A stretch of 64,000 nucleotides of DNA from an uncultured Clostridia bacterium (GCA_944350115.1 CALVNZ010000001.1:221378-285377), one strand, 5' to 3'; positions 47,518 through 56,896 are shown, numbered from the stretch's first letter. Notes: generated by a model from the sequence alone, not told the origin. Numbers and translations: made by a program.

Positions 47518-48588
47518 ATGATAATAAAAAAATTGACTTTAAAAAATTTTAGAAATTATGAAGATTTAAGTATTTGTTTTGATTCAAAACTAAACTCTTT
47601 GTGTGGTCAAAATGCACAAGGAAAAACCAATTTGATTGAAGCAATTTATTTTGCATGCCTTGGGAAAAGTTTTCGTTCTTCAAAAGAAAAACAAATAATT
47701 AAGTGGGGGAAAGACTATTCAAAAATATCTCTTATTGCGACAAACGAAATAAGAGAAAAAAAGGTTGAGGTTGTTTTGCAAACAAGTCAAAAAAAAGCGG
47801 TAAAAATGGATGGACTGCCAATAAGGAGAATAGGAGATGTTTTAGGAGAAATTCCAATCGTTTTTTTCTCACCAGATGAGTTGAAGCTTGTAAAAGAAAG
47901 TCCAGAAGAAAGAAGAAGGTTTATAAACATCGACCTCTCTCAAACAAACAAAAAGTATTTTTATCTTTTATCAAGATATGAAAAAGTTTTAGACAATAGA
48001 AACAAACTTTTAAAAACGAGCAAAGATTTAGAAACCCTTAAAGAAACTATTGAAATTTGGGACAAGTCTTTGGCAAACATCGGCTTTAAAATTATAAAAG
48101 ATAGAGAAAATTTTATAAAAAAAATCGAACCTTTTGCTCAAAAAGCACATGAGTATATTTCAGGCGGAGAGAAACTGCGTCTTGTTTACAAAAAGCCGGA
48201 TGTAGACTCGGAAGAAGAGTATTTGAAAAAACTCTCAAAGCTTGTCGAAAAAGACTTTAAACTTGGCTATACGTCATTTGGACCACACAGAGATGATATA
48301 GACATTTTCTTAAATGAAGAAGAGGTCAAATCTTTTGGGTCACAAGGACAACAAAGAACAGTTGCTCTGTCATTAAAACTTGCAGAGCTTGAATTTATAA
48401 AAGAACAAAAGGGAGAATATCCAATTTTGATTTTAGACGATGTTTTTTCAGAACTTGACAAAAACAGAAGAACAAGGCTTATGAAGTTTACTTCAAGATG
48501 CCAAACTTTTGTGACAACGACTGATCAATCTTTATGCGAAGGCAAAATCATCAAGATAAAAGAAGGAAAAACAGAGACAATTTCTTGA
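47518..48588 (+). CDS. recF: DNA replication and repair protein RecF
   Basis: LKNFRNY, GQNAQGKTNLIEAI, GPHRDD, SQGQQRT, ILILDDVFSELD. Confidence 0.95.
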   Translation: MIIKKLTLKNFRNYEDLSICFDSKLNSLCGQNAQGKTNLIEAIYFACLGKSFRSSKEKQIIKWGKDYSKISLIATNEIREKKVEVVLQTSQKKAVKMDGLPIRRIGDVLGEIPIVFFSPDELKLVKESPEERRRFINIDLSQTNKKYFYLLSRYEKVLDNRNKLLKTSKDLETLKETIEIWDKSLANIGFKIIKDRENFIKKIEPFAQKAHEYISGGEKLRLVYKKPDVDSEEEYLKKLSKLVEKDFKLGYTSFGPHRDDIDIFLNEEEVKSFGSQGQQRTVALSLKLAELEFIKEQKGEYPILILDDVFSELDKNRRTRLMKFTSRCQTFVTTTDQSLCEGKIIKIKEGKTETIS

Positions 48589-48635
48589 CAAAATCGTTGT
48601 TAAAAAGATAAAATAAACGAAAGTTAGGAGTAGTT

Positions 48636-50381
48636 ATGAAAGAGAATAAATACAGAACTCACAATTGTGGAGAATTGAGGATACAAGACGTTGGGAAAAA
48701 TGTTCGTCTGTCTGGTTGGGTAAATTCTATTAGAAAGCTTGGCGGAATAACTTTTTTAACGCTCAGAGATAATTTTGGCGTCACGCAAATTCTTTTTAGA
48801 GACGAAAAATTTATAGACGGTATAGTAAAAGAAAGTGTAGTAAAAGTTGAAGGAAAAGTAGTTGAAAGAGAAAGCAAAAATCCAAAGATGGCAACGGGAG
48901 ACATAGAAATAGAAGCAAAAAAACTTGAAGTTCTTGGAAAATGTTTAAATGTTTTACCTTTTGAAATCAATGAAGCTCCACAAACAAAAGAAGAGTTGCG
49001 TTTAAAATACAGGTTTTTAGATTTAAGACAAACAGACTTGCATGAAAGAATTTTGAAAAGAGCACAGATTTTACAGTTTGTTCGAAATAGACTTACAGAA
49101 CTTGGTTTTGTCGAATTTCAAACTCCAATTCTTGCGAACACATCTCCGGAAGGGGCTAGGGATTTTATTGTCCCAACCGTTTATGCCCCAGGCGAATTTT
49201 ATGCTCTTCCTCAATCACCACAACAATTTAAACAACTTTTGATGGTGAGTGGTTTTGATAAATATTTTCAAATAGCGCCATGTTTTAGAAACGAAGCGGC
49301 AAGGGCAGACAGAACCCCGGGCGAGTTTTATCAAATAGACATGGAAATGAGTTTTGCAACACAAGACGACGTGTTTGAAGTTTGCGAAATTTTAGCAACT
49401 GAAATATTTAAAAAGTTTTCTGATTATAAAGTTTGTGAAAAGCCTTTTAAAAGAATTAAATGGGTTGATGCAATGAGAGATTATTGCTCGGATAAGCCAG
49501 ACTTACGAAATCCTTTAAAAGTTGTAGACGCCTCCGCCTTTTTCGCAAAAACAGAAGTTGGCTTTTTGAAAAACAAAACAGCAAAGATGATAAAAGCAAA
49601 AGCTGGCGACAAATCACGAAAGTTTTTTGATGAAATGTCAACATTTATTGTGAGCTTGGAAGGCAAAGGACTTGCTTGGGCAAAACTTTTAAACAACGAG
49701 TTATCAGGAAGTTTTGTAAAAGCTATGACAGAAGAAGAAAAATCAAACTTTATTAAAACTTTTGATATAAAAGAAGGAGATGCTGTTTTTATTGTCGCCG
49801 ATGAAAAAGATAAAGCAATAAAACTTATTGGCGCGTTAAGAAATGAACTTGGCGAAAGACTTGATCTTATAGACAAAACCAAAATTGAAATGTGCTGGAT
49901 TGTTGATTTCCCATTCTATGAAAAAAACGAAGAAACAGGAAAACCAGATTTCGCACACAATCCATTTTCAATGCCACAAGGCGAGTTAAAAGCACTTCAA
50001 GAAAAAGATCCTTTTGAAATTGTGGCATATCAATATGATTTGGTTTGCAATGGTTATGAGATGCTTTCTGGTGCAATTCGAAATCATGATCCAGAAATAA
50101 TGGTTAAAGCTTTTGAAATTGCAGGATATCCAAAAGATGTTGTTGAAAACAAATTTCCTGCTCTATACAATGCGTTTCATTATGGTGCTCCACCACACGC
50201 GGGATGTGCGTTTGGTTTTGACAGAATGCTTATGCCAATCATGAAACAAGATTCAATTAGGGAAGTGATCGCTTTCCCATTAAATAAAAATGGAAGAGAT
50301 TTGCTTATGGGTTCTCCATCTATTCCAACGGAAGAGCAACTTAAAAGTTGCGGTATAAAAATAGCCAAACAAGATAAATAA
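48636..50381 (+). CDS. aspS: Aspartate--tRNA ligase (bacterial type)
   Basis: RTHNCGELR, GWV.S.RKLGGITFL.LRD, FYALPQSPQQFKQLLM, FRNEAARADR.PEF.Q.D.EMSF, GAPPHAGCAFGFDR. Confidence 0.95.
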   Translation: MKENKYRTHNCGELRIQDVGKNVRLSGWVNSIRKLGGITFLTLRDNFGVTQILFRDEKFIDGIVKESVVKVEGKVVERESKNPKMATGDIEIEAKKLEVLGKCLNVLPFEINEAPQTKEELRLKYRFLDLRQTDLHERILKRAQILQFVRNRLTELGFVEFQTPILANTSPEGARDFIVPTVYAPGEFYALPQSPQQFKQLLMVSGFDKYFQIAPCFRNEAARADRTPGEFYQIDMEMSFATQDDVFEVCEILATEIFKKFSDYKVCEKPFKRIKWVDAMRDYCSDKPDLRNPLKVVDASAFFAKTEVGFLKNKTAKMIKAKAGDKSRKFFDEMSTFIVSLEGKGLAWAKLLNNELSGSFVKAMTEEEKSNFIKTFDIKEGDAVFIVADEKDKAIKLIGALRNELGERLDLIDKTKIEMCWIVDFPFYEKNEETGKPDFAHNPFSMPQGELKALQEKDPFEIVAYQYDLVCNGYEMLSGAIRNHDPEIMVKAFEIAGYPKDVVENKFPALYNAFHYGAPPHAGCAFGFDRMLMPIMKQDSIREVIAFPLNKNGRDLLMGSPSIPTEEQLKSCGIKIAKQDK

Positions 50382-50395
50382 GGAAGTAAAATTTT

Positions 50396-51781
50396 ATGAA
50401 AAGAACAGAGATTAGAGATTTAAACAAAAAATTTCAAGATTTTGGTGGAAAAGAAATTAAAGTATGTGGCTGGGCAAGAACAGTCAGAGATTCAAAAAAT
50501 ATAGGTTTCATTGAATTAAATGACGGGAGCTTTAAATCTGTGCAAATAGTTTTTGAAAGGGCCAAAATACAAAACTATGACGAAGTAGCGAAGCAAAACG
50601 TAGGAGCTTCTTTTGAAGTTGTTGGCACCGTAGTTTTAACGCCACAAGCAAAACAGCCTTTTGAAATAAATGCTAAAAGTGTTGTTGTTTTAGGAGAAAG
50701 TGCAACAGATTATCCTCTTCAAAAGAAAGGACACACTATTGAATTTTTGAGATCGATTCCTTTTGTTAGAGCAAGAGGAAATTTGTTTAACGCTGTTTTT
50801 AAAGTTCGTTCGGTTGCTGCTTTTGCGATTCACAAATTTTTTAACGAAAGAGGTTTCGTTTATGTTCACACGCCAATAATCACAAGCAACGATTGTGAAG
50901 GTGCTGGCGAAATGTTTCAAGTGACGACACTTGATCTTGAAAGAATTGCAAAAGAAGGAAAACTTCAACAAAACAAAGACTTCTTTGGGAAAAAAGTTGG
51001 ACTTACTGTTTCTGGCCAGCTTCACGAAGAATGTTTAACGATGGCTTTTGGAAAAACATATACTTTTGGGCCAACATTTAGAGCTGAAAAATCAAACACA
51101 ACAAGGCATGCGGCTGAATTTTGGATGATGGAGCCAGAAATGTGTTTTAGCGATCTTCAAGATGTGATGGACAATGAAGAAGAAATGGTAAAATATGTTA
51201 TAAGTTATGTGTTAAACGAGTGTCATGATGAAATTGAATTTTTAAATAGGTTTGTAGATAATGGTTTGATTGATAGATTGACTAACGTTGTAGAAAACAA
51301 ATTTGAAAGAGTTTCTTATACACAAGCGATAGACATATTGTTAAAAGCAAATGAAAAATTTGTATTCCCTGTCAAATGGGGCGTGGATTTGCAATCAGAA
51401 CACGAAAAATATATAACTGAAAAAGTTTACAAAAAACCTGTATTTTTAACAGATTATCCAAAAGAAATTAAGGCTTTTTATATGAGACTCAACGACGATA
51501 AAAAAACTGTTGCAGCAGTTGACTTGCTTGTTCCTGGAATAGGAGAACTTATTGGGGGCAGTCAAAGAGAAGAAAGGCTTGATGTTTTAAAACAAAGAAT
51601 GAACGAACTTGGTTTAAAAGAAGAAGATTATAAATGGTATTTAGATACACGAAGATATGGCACAAACAAACACGGCGGATATGGGCTTGGATTTGAAAGG
51701 TTTGTAATGTATCTAACAGGGATTTCAAACATTCGAGATGTTGAAATCTTTCCTCGCACTTTTGGGTCGATCGAAGGATAG
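50396..51781 (+). CDS. asnS: Asparagine--tRNA ligase
   Basis: GWARTVRDSKNIGFIELNDGS, HTPIITSNDCEGAGEMF, FGPTFRAEKSNTTRHAAEFWMMEPEM, GGSQREER, HGGYGLGFER. Confidence 0.95.
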   Translation: MKRTEIRDLNKKFQDFGGKEIKVCGWARTVRDSKNIGFIELNDGSFKSVQIVFERAKIQNYDEVAKQNVGASFEVVGTVVLTPQAKQPFEINAKSVVVLGESATDYPLQKKGHTIEFLRSIPFVRARGNLFNAVFKVRSVAAFAIHKFFNERGFVYVHTPIITSNDCEGAGEMFQVTTLDLERIAKEGKLQQNKDFFGKKVGLTVSGQLHEECLTMAFGKTYTFGPTFRAEKSNTTRHAAEFWMMEPEMCFSDLQDVMDNEEEMVKYVISYVLNECHDEIEFLNRFVDNGLIDRLTNVVENKFERVSYTQAIDILLKANEKFVFPVKWGVDLQSEHEKYITEKVYKKPVFLTDYPKEIKAFYMRLNDDKKTVAAVDLLVPGIGELIGGSQREERLDVLKQRMNELGLKEEDYKWYLDTRRYGTNKHGGYGLGFERFVMYLTGISNIRDVEIFPRTFGSIEG

Positions 51782-51950
51782 TTCACTTTATGACAAAAGA
51801 GAGTTCAGCGGAAATTATTTCTTTAAAAGGCGGTTTTTGGAAATATTTTGGAGGGTTATAAAATATGCACGAAGGAGTTGCGTGCGGAATGCTTTTGTCA
51901 GCACGAACTCTTTCGCTTTAAGCACAAATCTAACTGCCAAATTAAGCCTT

Positions 51951-52808
51951 TTATTTTTTGTTAATTGCTTGAACAATTTTGTCTTTAATATCTAAATTAC
52001 AAGAAATTGTAAATGGCATAATTAAATGATTATCTTTAAACTGTAAAATTTGAGGATTTAAAGGAAAAACATTTTCCCCGTTTTCATAGAATACAGCGCC
52101 ACCATTTTTTTGAATAAGATATGCCCCTTGAATAATATCCCAAATATTTGCTCCTCTGCGAGTAAATATTTTATTTTTATTTATTGCAATATCAGTAAGT
52201 TGAGCAAGCGTGGAATGTCCAGTATAAACTCTAATTATTTCGTTATCATCAAATAAACTTGCTATTTTTTTCTCTGTTTCATTTCGCTCAGTGTCGCTAT
52301 GAATATGACTAACATATTTATACTTTTTTAGCCCATTTGTTGGTTTAAACTTTTTGCCAAAATCACAAAGTCCATCTCTAAACTTATTTGCAGAAATAAG
52401 GTGAGGAGCAGTCAACCATTTTTCTGGAATATAAACTAAAGATAAAATAGGACTTAAATCTTCAAGCAGACAAACGCCAACACACCATTCCGTATTATTA
52501 CTATCTCTAAAAGCCGTTGTCCCATCTATCGGATCAACCACCCAAACATATTTAGTTTTTAACGACGATTTGTAGATGTCTTCATTAAAACTTTCTTCTT
52601 GAATAACTGATGATCCAGGTAAAATTTCTGGAAGTTTATTATCAAAAAATTCTCCAATTTTAACGTCAGCTATAGTCGCAGAATCACCATCATCTTTCTC
52701 CTCTACAACCACCATGTTTTTCCTAGTTTTAACTATAATATCTTTTATTTTGGTTTGTAAAATATTTATAATAGTATTTTCAAGATTATCTAAAACTTCC
52801 TTATCCAT
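51951..52808 (-). CDS. Inositol monophosphatase / CysQ-family phosphatase
   Basis: VWVVDPIDGTTAF and WDIIQGAYLIQKNGG motifs. Confidence 0.7.
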   Translation of the reverse strand: MDKEVLDNLENTIINILQTKIKDIIVKTRKNMVVVEEKDDGDSATIADVKIGEFFDNKLPEILPGSSVIQEESFNEDIYKSSLKTKYVWVVDPIDGTTAFRDSNNTEWCVGVCLLEDLSPILSLVYIPEKWLTAPHLISANKFRDGLCDFGKKFKPTNGLKKYKYVSHIHSDTERNETEKKIASLFDDNEIIRVYTGHSTLAQLTDIAINKNKIFTRRGANIWDIIQGAYLIQKNGGAVFYENGENVFPLNPQILQFKDNHLIMPFTISCNLDIKDKIVQAINKK

Positions 52809-52901
52809 TATTCCATATCCTTTATGGATAAATCATATCATAAAATTTACTAGCTTCAAAATTTATTGCCCATATGTCGTTTTTTTATTTTCTATTGAAA
52901 A

Positions 52902-53591
52902 CTATCGTGAAGTCCGCCTTTCCTCCTCAGCCAGTTTTTTGTTTTTTATGTAATTAGATCTTTTCAAATGTTCCGGAACATCTGGAACTGCCCGAACTTC
53001 ACTTGCATCTACGGGGTCAGAAGAGGAAGTTGTTTCATAAGAGGGGGTTTGTGTTGTAACAACCGGATAGGCTGCTCTGTGTTGCGAAAACGAAACGCGG
53101 TGGTCGTATTTTGCTATTTTGCCGATTGTTTTGTCGACAAGCCTGCCATAAAGGGTGTCGCTTCGATAAGCCGCACTGTTTCTGTTAAAGATTTCTTGCT
53201 CTTCGTAAAGCTTTTTGGTTTCGTCAAACTTGAAAAAGTCGGTTGGAATCGCGTCTAAAACTTTCAGTTGTTTTCCAAGCAAAAGTTTTCCGCCCAGCCT
53301 TGAATAAGCAAAAAGTTTGCCATTTCCCTTTAAAATTGCGTTCACAATCAAATCCAACTTTTTTTGATCGCCTTCTGAGAAGGAGTCAAGTTTGTCGCCG
53401 GCATTTGTCTTGCTGTTGTAGCGATAAACGATTTCAGGGTTTTGGGTTTTGATTCGGATCAGCCTTCTGCCAGAAAACCAGCTACCAATCAAAATCTTTG
53501 CCTTAAATTTGCGTGTTTCCTTGTTTTCCATAAGCTCTGACGCTGCTGGATCATTTTTTGCAACGTAGTATAGTTTGTAAACTTTTCTCAT
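52902..53591 (-). CDS. Hypothetical protein, visibly more G+C-rich than its neighbours
   Basis: 229-aa ORF, no recognised motif. Lies next to the tRNA-Asn 3'-end repeat array. Confidence 0.5.
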   Translation of the reverse strand: MRKVYKLYYVAKNDPAASELMENKETRKFKAKILIGSWFSGRRLIRIKTQNPEIVYRYNSKTNAGDKLDSFSEGDQKKLDLIVNAILKGNGKLFAYSRLGGKLLLGKQLKVLDAIPTDFFKFDETKKLYEEQEIFNRNSAAYRSDTLYGRLVDKTIGKIAKYDHRVSFSQHRAAYPVVTTQTPSYETTSSSDPVDASEVRAVPDVPEHLKRSNYIKNKKLAEEERRTSR

Positions 53592-53677
53592 CAGATAACT
53601 CCTAATTCAATTATATCAACAAAGCCTTTGATAGTCAAGACCCAAAATTCTCAAAAAAAACGGAGGCAAGCTCCGTT

Positions 53678-53774
53678 TGGCGCCCCCTGTAGGATTCGAA
53701 GCGAATGCGAACCCAGAAAAAGCAAAACATGGAAGTGTGCGAGCTTTTTACTAGGTCGCAGGTTCTCATCAAAT
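53678..53774 (-). repeat. tRNA-Asn 3'-end-containing 97-nt unit, copy 1
   Basis: On the plus strand it begins TGGCGCCCCCTGTAGGATTCGAAG (24/25 to the tRNA-Asn 3' end), then a conserved 72-nt body. A minus-strand terminator (CGGAG/CTCCG plus T8, 53653-53677) follows it. Confidence 0.85.
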
Positions 53775-53801
53775 AAAAAAACAGACTAAAGTCTGCTTTA
53801 T

Positions 53802-53898
53802 TGGCGCCCCCTGTAGGATTCGAACCGAATGCGAACCCAGAAAAAGCAAAACGTGGAAGAGTGCGAGCTTTTTGCCAGGTCGCAGGTTTTCATTAAAT
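53802..53898 (-). repeat. tRNA-Asn 3'-end-containing 97-nt unit, copy 2
   Basis: 25/25 match to the tRNA-Asn 3' end, then the same body. Followed on the minus strand by the CAGACT/AGTCTG terminator (53775-53801), almost identical to the one after the true tRNA. Confidence 0.85.
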
Positions 53899-54026
53899 AA
53901 AAAAGACTAGCATGAGGCTAGTTTTTTTGTAGATAATACAGCGACAGTGAAGAAAAAAGTGTTGTCAAAAGTGTTGTAAAATTAAGTTTTTGAAAAAGTA
54001 AAAATCGCTACATCCCTTTATTTTTC

Positions 54027-54123
54027 TGGCGCCCCCTGTAGGATTCGAACCGAATGCGAACCCAGAAAAAGCAAAACGCGGAAGTGTGCGATCTTTTTAC
54101 AAGGTCGCAGGTTCTCATCAAAT
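54027..54123 (-). repeat. tRNA-Asn 3'-end-containing 97-nt unit, copy 3
   Basis: 25/25 match to the tRNA 3' end, then the same body. Separated from copy 2 by an extra spacer of about 100 bp that contains a CTAGCC/GCTAGT-type hairpin (53903-53927). Confidence 0.85.
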
Positions 54124-54151
54124 AAAAAAAACAGACTAAAGCCTGCTTTAT

Positions 54152-54226
<75 letters not shown>

Positions 54227-54397
54227 ATATCAAAAGTCACCTTGCTTGCGAATTGTTTAAAACAATTCGCAATCTTTTGTGCTTTACAAACAATTAGGGA
54301 GGGAAAAACTGTTTGCGAAAGCAAGTATACCACCATAAAAAAAAGATGTCAATTATTTTTATGCAAAAAAAATCACAACAAGTCAAAAATTGTTTTT

Positions 54398-55078
54398 ATG
54401 AACGCTTTGTTGCTTGCAATTTTAGCTTGGTTTTCGGTTAACGGCTGTTTTAAAGGGTTTGTTAAAACGATTTTTTCAATTTTGTCGTTTGGTGTTTCTG
54501 TAATCCTAGCGTTTTTGTTGACAAGCCCATTTTCAACCTTTTTGATTAATAAAAAAGCGTTTGATAAAGAAATAAGTTCTGTCGTGTCTGTGGTTTTGCG
54601 AAATCAAAGCGAATTGTTTGTTGAAGAAAAGGTTGATTCAAAAGAAAAAATGATAGTTTTGATTTATTCGACAGAAGCTTCATACTTTACAAAAAGCGTT
54701 TTGGAACAAATGGTAGACGGCGTCGATTTTTCTGGTGCTTTTAGTGTAGCTGAAATTGTGTCGCCAATTATTTATTGCCAAACAATAAAAATTATTTCGT
54801 TTGTTTTTTTACTGTTTTTGTTTTTATTATTATTAAAAATTCTACAATCATTCTTGTCAAGGTTTTTAAAATTTTTTAGTTTGCAAGCGACAGATAAGGC
54901 GCTGGGATTTTTGTTCGGAGTTGTTTTAGGGTTGTTTGTTTATTGCGTTTTAGTGTGTTTAATCATTTTTTTAGCAAATATTTTCGGTTCAGATTATTTA
55001 ATAAAAAAAATTAACGAAGGCGCAATTTCTTCGTTAATCTATCAAAATTTTGGTGATAAAATTTTGAGTTTCTTCTAA
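54398..55078 (+). CDS. CvpA-family membrane protein
   Basis: Start taken at MNALLLAILAWFSVNGCFKGFVKTIFSILSFGVSVILAFLL. The track's longer N-terminus overlaps the tRNA flank and a hairpin. Multi-TM pattern typical of CvpA. No clear RBS. Confidence 0.6.
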   Translation: MNALLLAILAWFSVNGCFKGFVKTIFSILSFGVSVILAFLLTSPFSTFLINKKAFDKEISSVVSVVLRNQSELFVEEKVDSKEKMIVLIYSTEASYFTKSVLEQMVDGVDFSGAFSVAEIVSPIIYCQTIKIISFVFLLFLFLLLLKILQSFLSRFLKFFSLQATDKALGFLFGVVLGLFVYCVLVCLIIFLANIFGSDYLIKKINEGAISSLIYQNFGDKILSFF

Positions 55079-55258
55079 AACAGGTGAACTAGAATCGCTT
55101 AAAACGTCTTCTATTTCATCATTTTTGTCATTAAGATCGTTTGTTTGGTTTTTGTAATATATCGATAAAGAGCAAAGGACAATGATTAATGCAATCAGCA
55201 AACCAAAACCGACCCATGTTAAAATTTTAAGAATCTTTTTCCTTTTTTCTTTTTCCAC
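55034..55258 (-). CDS. Small bitopic membrane protein in the DivIC/FtsB position
   Basis: Basic N-terminus, one TM helix (ILTWVGFGLLIALIIVLCSL), short acidic tail. Follows yabP-yabQ as divIC does in Bacillus. Called by position only. Confidence 0.3.
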   Translation of the reverse strand: MEKEKRKKILKILTWVGFGLLIALIIVLCSLSIYYKNQTNDLNDKNDEIEDVLSDSSSPVLEETQNFITKILID

Positions 55259-55571
55259 GAATTAAATTATAAAACTTTTTTAAAGTTTTTGCAATGATTT
55301 TTGAAAAAAGAAATCTTTGTGCTAGCAAACCTAATAAAAACGCTAAAACAGCGTAAAACCGAAAAAGACCATAATTTAGGTAAAGGTTCACAACATAAAA
55401 CAAATAAAAACAGAGACAGGTTGCAATAAATTGAAAAATATGAAGAACAATTTTATTACTTTTAAAAAAACATGTTAAAAATCTCGCGAGATCAAAAATC
55501 AGTCCGCAAGCAAAGCCTGTTGCAAGCATGGCAAAAAAAATCGCGGGTTGCTCAATAGTTGGATAAAGCAC
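55227..55571 (-). CDS. yabQ: Spore cortex biosynthesis protein YabQ-like membrane protein
   Basis: GFACGLIFDLARF and NYGLFRFYAVLAFLLG resemble Bacillus YabQ blocks (D.YR.. and N.GELRFY). Follows yabP. Confidence 0.6.
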   Translation of the reverse strand: MLYPTIEQPAIFFAMLATGFACGLIFDLARFLTCFFKSNKIVLHIFQFIATCLCFYLFYVVNLYLNYGLFRFYAVLAFLLGLLAQRFLFSKIIAKTLKKFYNLIRGKRKKEKDS

Positions 55572-55822
55572 TACTTAAATATCCTTTTCAAAAAACTTTG
55601 CTTTTCATTGCCGTGTTGAAATTTGACAACAGAAAACTTCCCTGCCAAAACAACCTCTTTGTTGTCAAGATCAAGTTTTTTCACTTCCATATCTGATCCT
55701 GTCACTATTAAACAATTTTCGCCAGATTCTATAATTGCCGAGGTTGGTGTGCTGGTTCGAACTTTCGTTGCCCCTTTAACAGTAAAAATATTTTGGTTTT
55801 CTATTGTTATCAAATCGATCAT
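55571..55822 (-). CDS. yabP: YabP-family sporulation protein
   Basis: ITIENQNIFTVKGATKV...IIESGENCLIVTGSDMEVKKLDLDNKEVVLAGKFSVVKF fits the YabP beta-rich pattern. Confidence 0.6.
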   Translation of the reverse strand: MIDLITIENQNIFTVKGATKVRTSTPTSAIIESGENCLIVTGSDMEVKKLDLDNKEVVLAGKFSVVKFQHGNEKQSFLKRIFK

Positions 55823-55911
55823 TTTACACTCCTTATTATAAATTTTGTTTTATTATTAAAAAATATGAAAAACGATTTAATTTTATGCTATAATAATAAA
55901 CGGAGAAAAAT

Positions 55912-56739
55912 ATGGAAAAAATTCAAGTAAAAATTAAAAAAAATATAAAAATTTATGATTTTTTAATAAATTATGGCTTTACAACTTCGCAAACTAACAA
56001 AATATTAAAAAACAGAGACGCAAAAGTCAATGGACAAAGAGTGAGCGGAGATTATAATTTGCTGTCAGGCGACGAGCTGACAATTTTTTGTGAATCGCAA
56101 CCGACGCCTAAATTCAAAGTTTTGTTTGAAGATGAAAATGTTGTGGTGCTGTCAAAAGGTGCAGGAATTGAAGTTCAAGGAGAAAATAGTTTAGAATCAG
56201 TTTTGCCTGGAACAATTGCTGTCCATAGACTAGATAGAAACACCACAGGTCTTTTAATTATGGCGAAAAACAAGATGGCAGAAGAAGCACTTAAACAGTC
56301 GTTTAAAGACAAAGGTGTGGAAAAACTGTATGTGTGCGAAGTTGTGGGCAGAGCAAAGTTTGAAAACAAAAACTACGAAGCGTTTTGGCTTAAAAATTCT
56401 GCAAGAAGTGAAGTTAAAATTTACAAGTCGTATGTACAAAAGTCTTCAAAAATAATTTCAAGGTTTACAACAGTAAAAGAAGGAAATGAAACAAGCATGG
56501 TGGTTGCGCAAATCTTTACAGGAAAAACTCACCAAATTCGTGCGCACCTGGCCTTTTTAGGGCATCCAATTATAGGTGACGGAAAATACGGAAATAATAA
56601 AATTAACAAAAAATTTAAAGAAAAATCACAAAAATTGCACTGTTTTTATTTAAAAATTATAAAAATTAATAAAAATTTTGAATATTTAAAAAATATGCAA
56701 TTTATTGACAAGCCAGAATGGGCAGAAAAATATATTTAA
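55912..56739 (+). CDS. RluA-family pseudouridine synthase with an N-terminal S4-like domain
   Basis: HRLDRNTTGLLIMAKN (catalytic Asp motif) and KTHQIRAHLAFLGHPIIGDGKYG. Confidence 0.85.
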   Translation: MEKIQVKIKKNIKIYDFLINYGFTTSQTNKILKNRDAKVNGQRVSGDYNLLSGDELTIFCESQPTPKFKVLFEDENVVVLSKGAGIEVQGENSLESVLPGTIAVHRLDRNTTGLLIMAKNKMAEEALKQSFKDKGVEKLYVCEVVGRAKFENKNYEAFWLKNSARSEVKIYKSYVQKSSKIISRFTTVKEGNETSMVVAQIFTGKTHQIRAHLAFLGHPIIGDGKYGNNKINKKFKEKSQKLHCFYLKIIKINKNFEYLKNMQFIDKPEWAEKYI

Positions 56740-56896
56740 AAACATTTTTAAAATTTTTTTAAAAAAACAAATAATTTAAAAAAAAATAAAAAAATTGTTG
56801 TAAAAAATCATGTTAATAAAAAAAATATATTTATTAAATATTTTTTTATAATTTATATTATTTCGTTTGATAAAAGTTTGGCAAAAGTGTTAAAAT

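Noticed and set aside
44592-48618. An identical 16-mer AAAAGATAAAATAAAC at 44592 and 48603 could be inversion or recombination end repeats flanking dnaN-dnaA-recF.
   Set aside because: The two copies are direct, not inverted, and AT-only. My rough estimate is that several 16-nt chance matches are expected in 64 kb at this base composition. They also do not coincide with the inferred inversion endpoints.
48589-48635. T-box leaders could precede aspS, asnS or metG.
   Set aside because: The upstream spacers (47, 14 and about 45-95 bp) are far too short for a T-box riboswitch of about 200 nt.
53678-54123. The three tRNA-Asn-like units could be additional tRNA or tRNA-pseudogene copies.
   Set aside because: Only the last 25 nt (T-loop to CCA) match. 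There is no 5' acceptor strand (GCCTCCT-like), no T-stem 5' strand (GTAGG) and no anticodon arm, so no cloverleaf can form.
54242-54397. The N-terminal 52 codons of the track ORF 54242-55078 could be real coding sequence.
   Set aside because: This part abuts the tRNA-Asn upstream flank and contains an inverted repeat (GCGAATTGTTT..AACAATTCGC). It reads as low-quality sequence (C/K-rich). The CvpA-like hydrophobic protein begins naturally at Met 54398.
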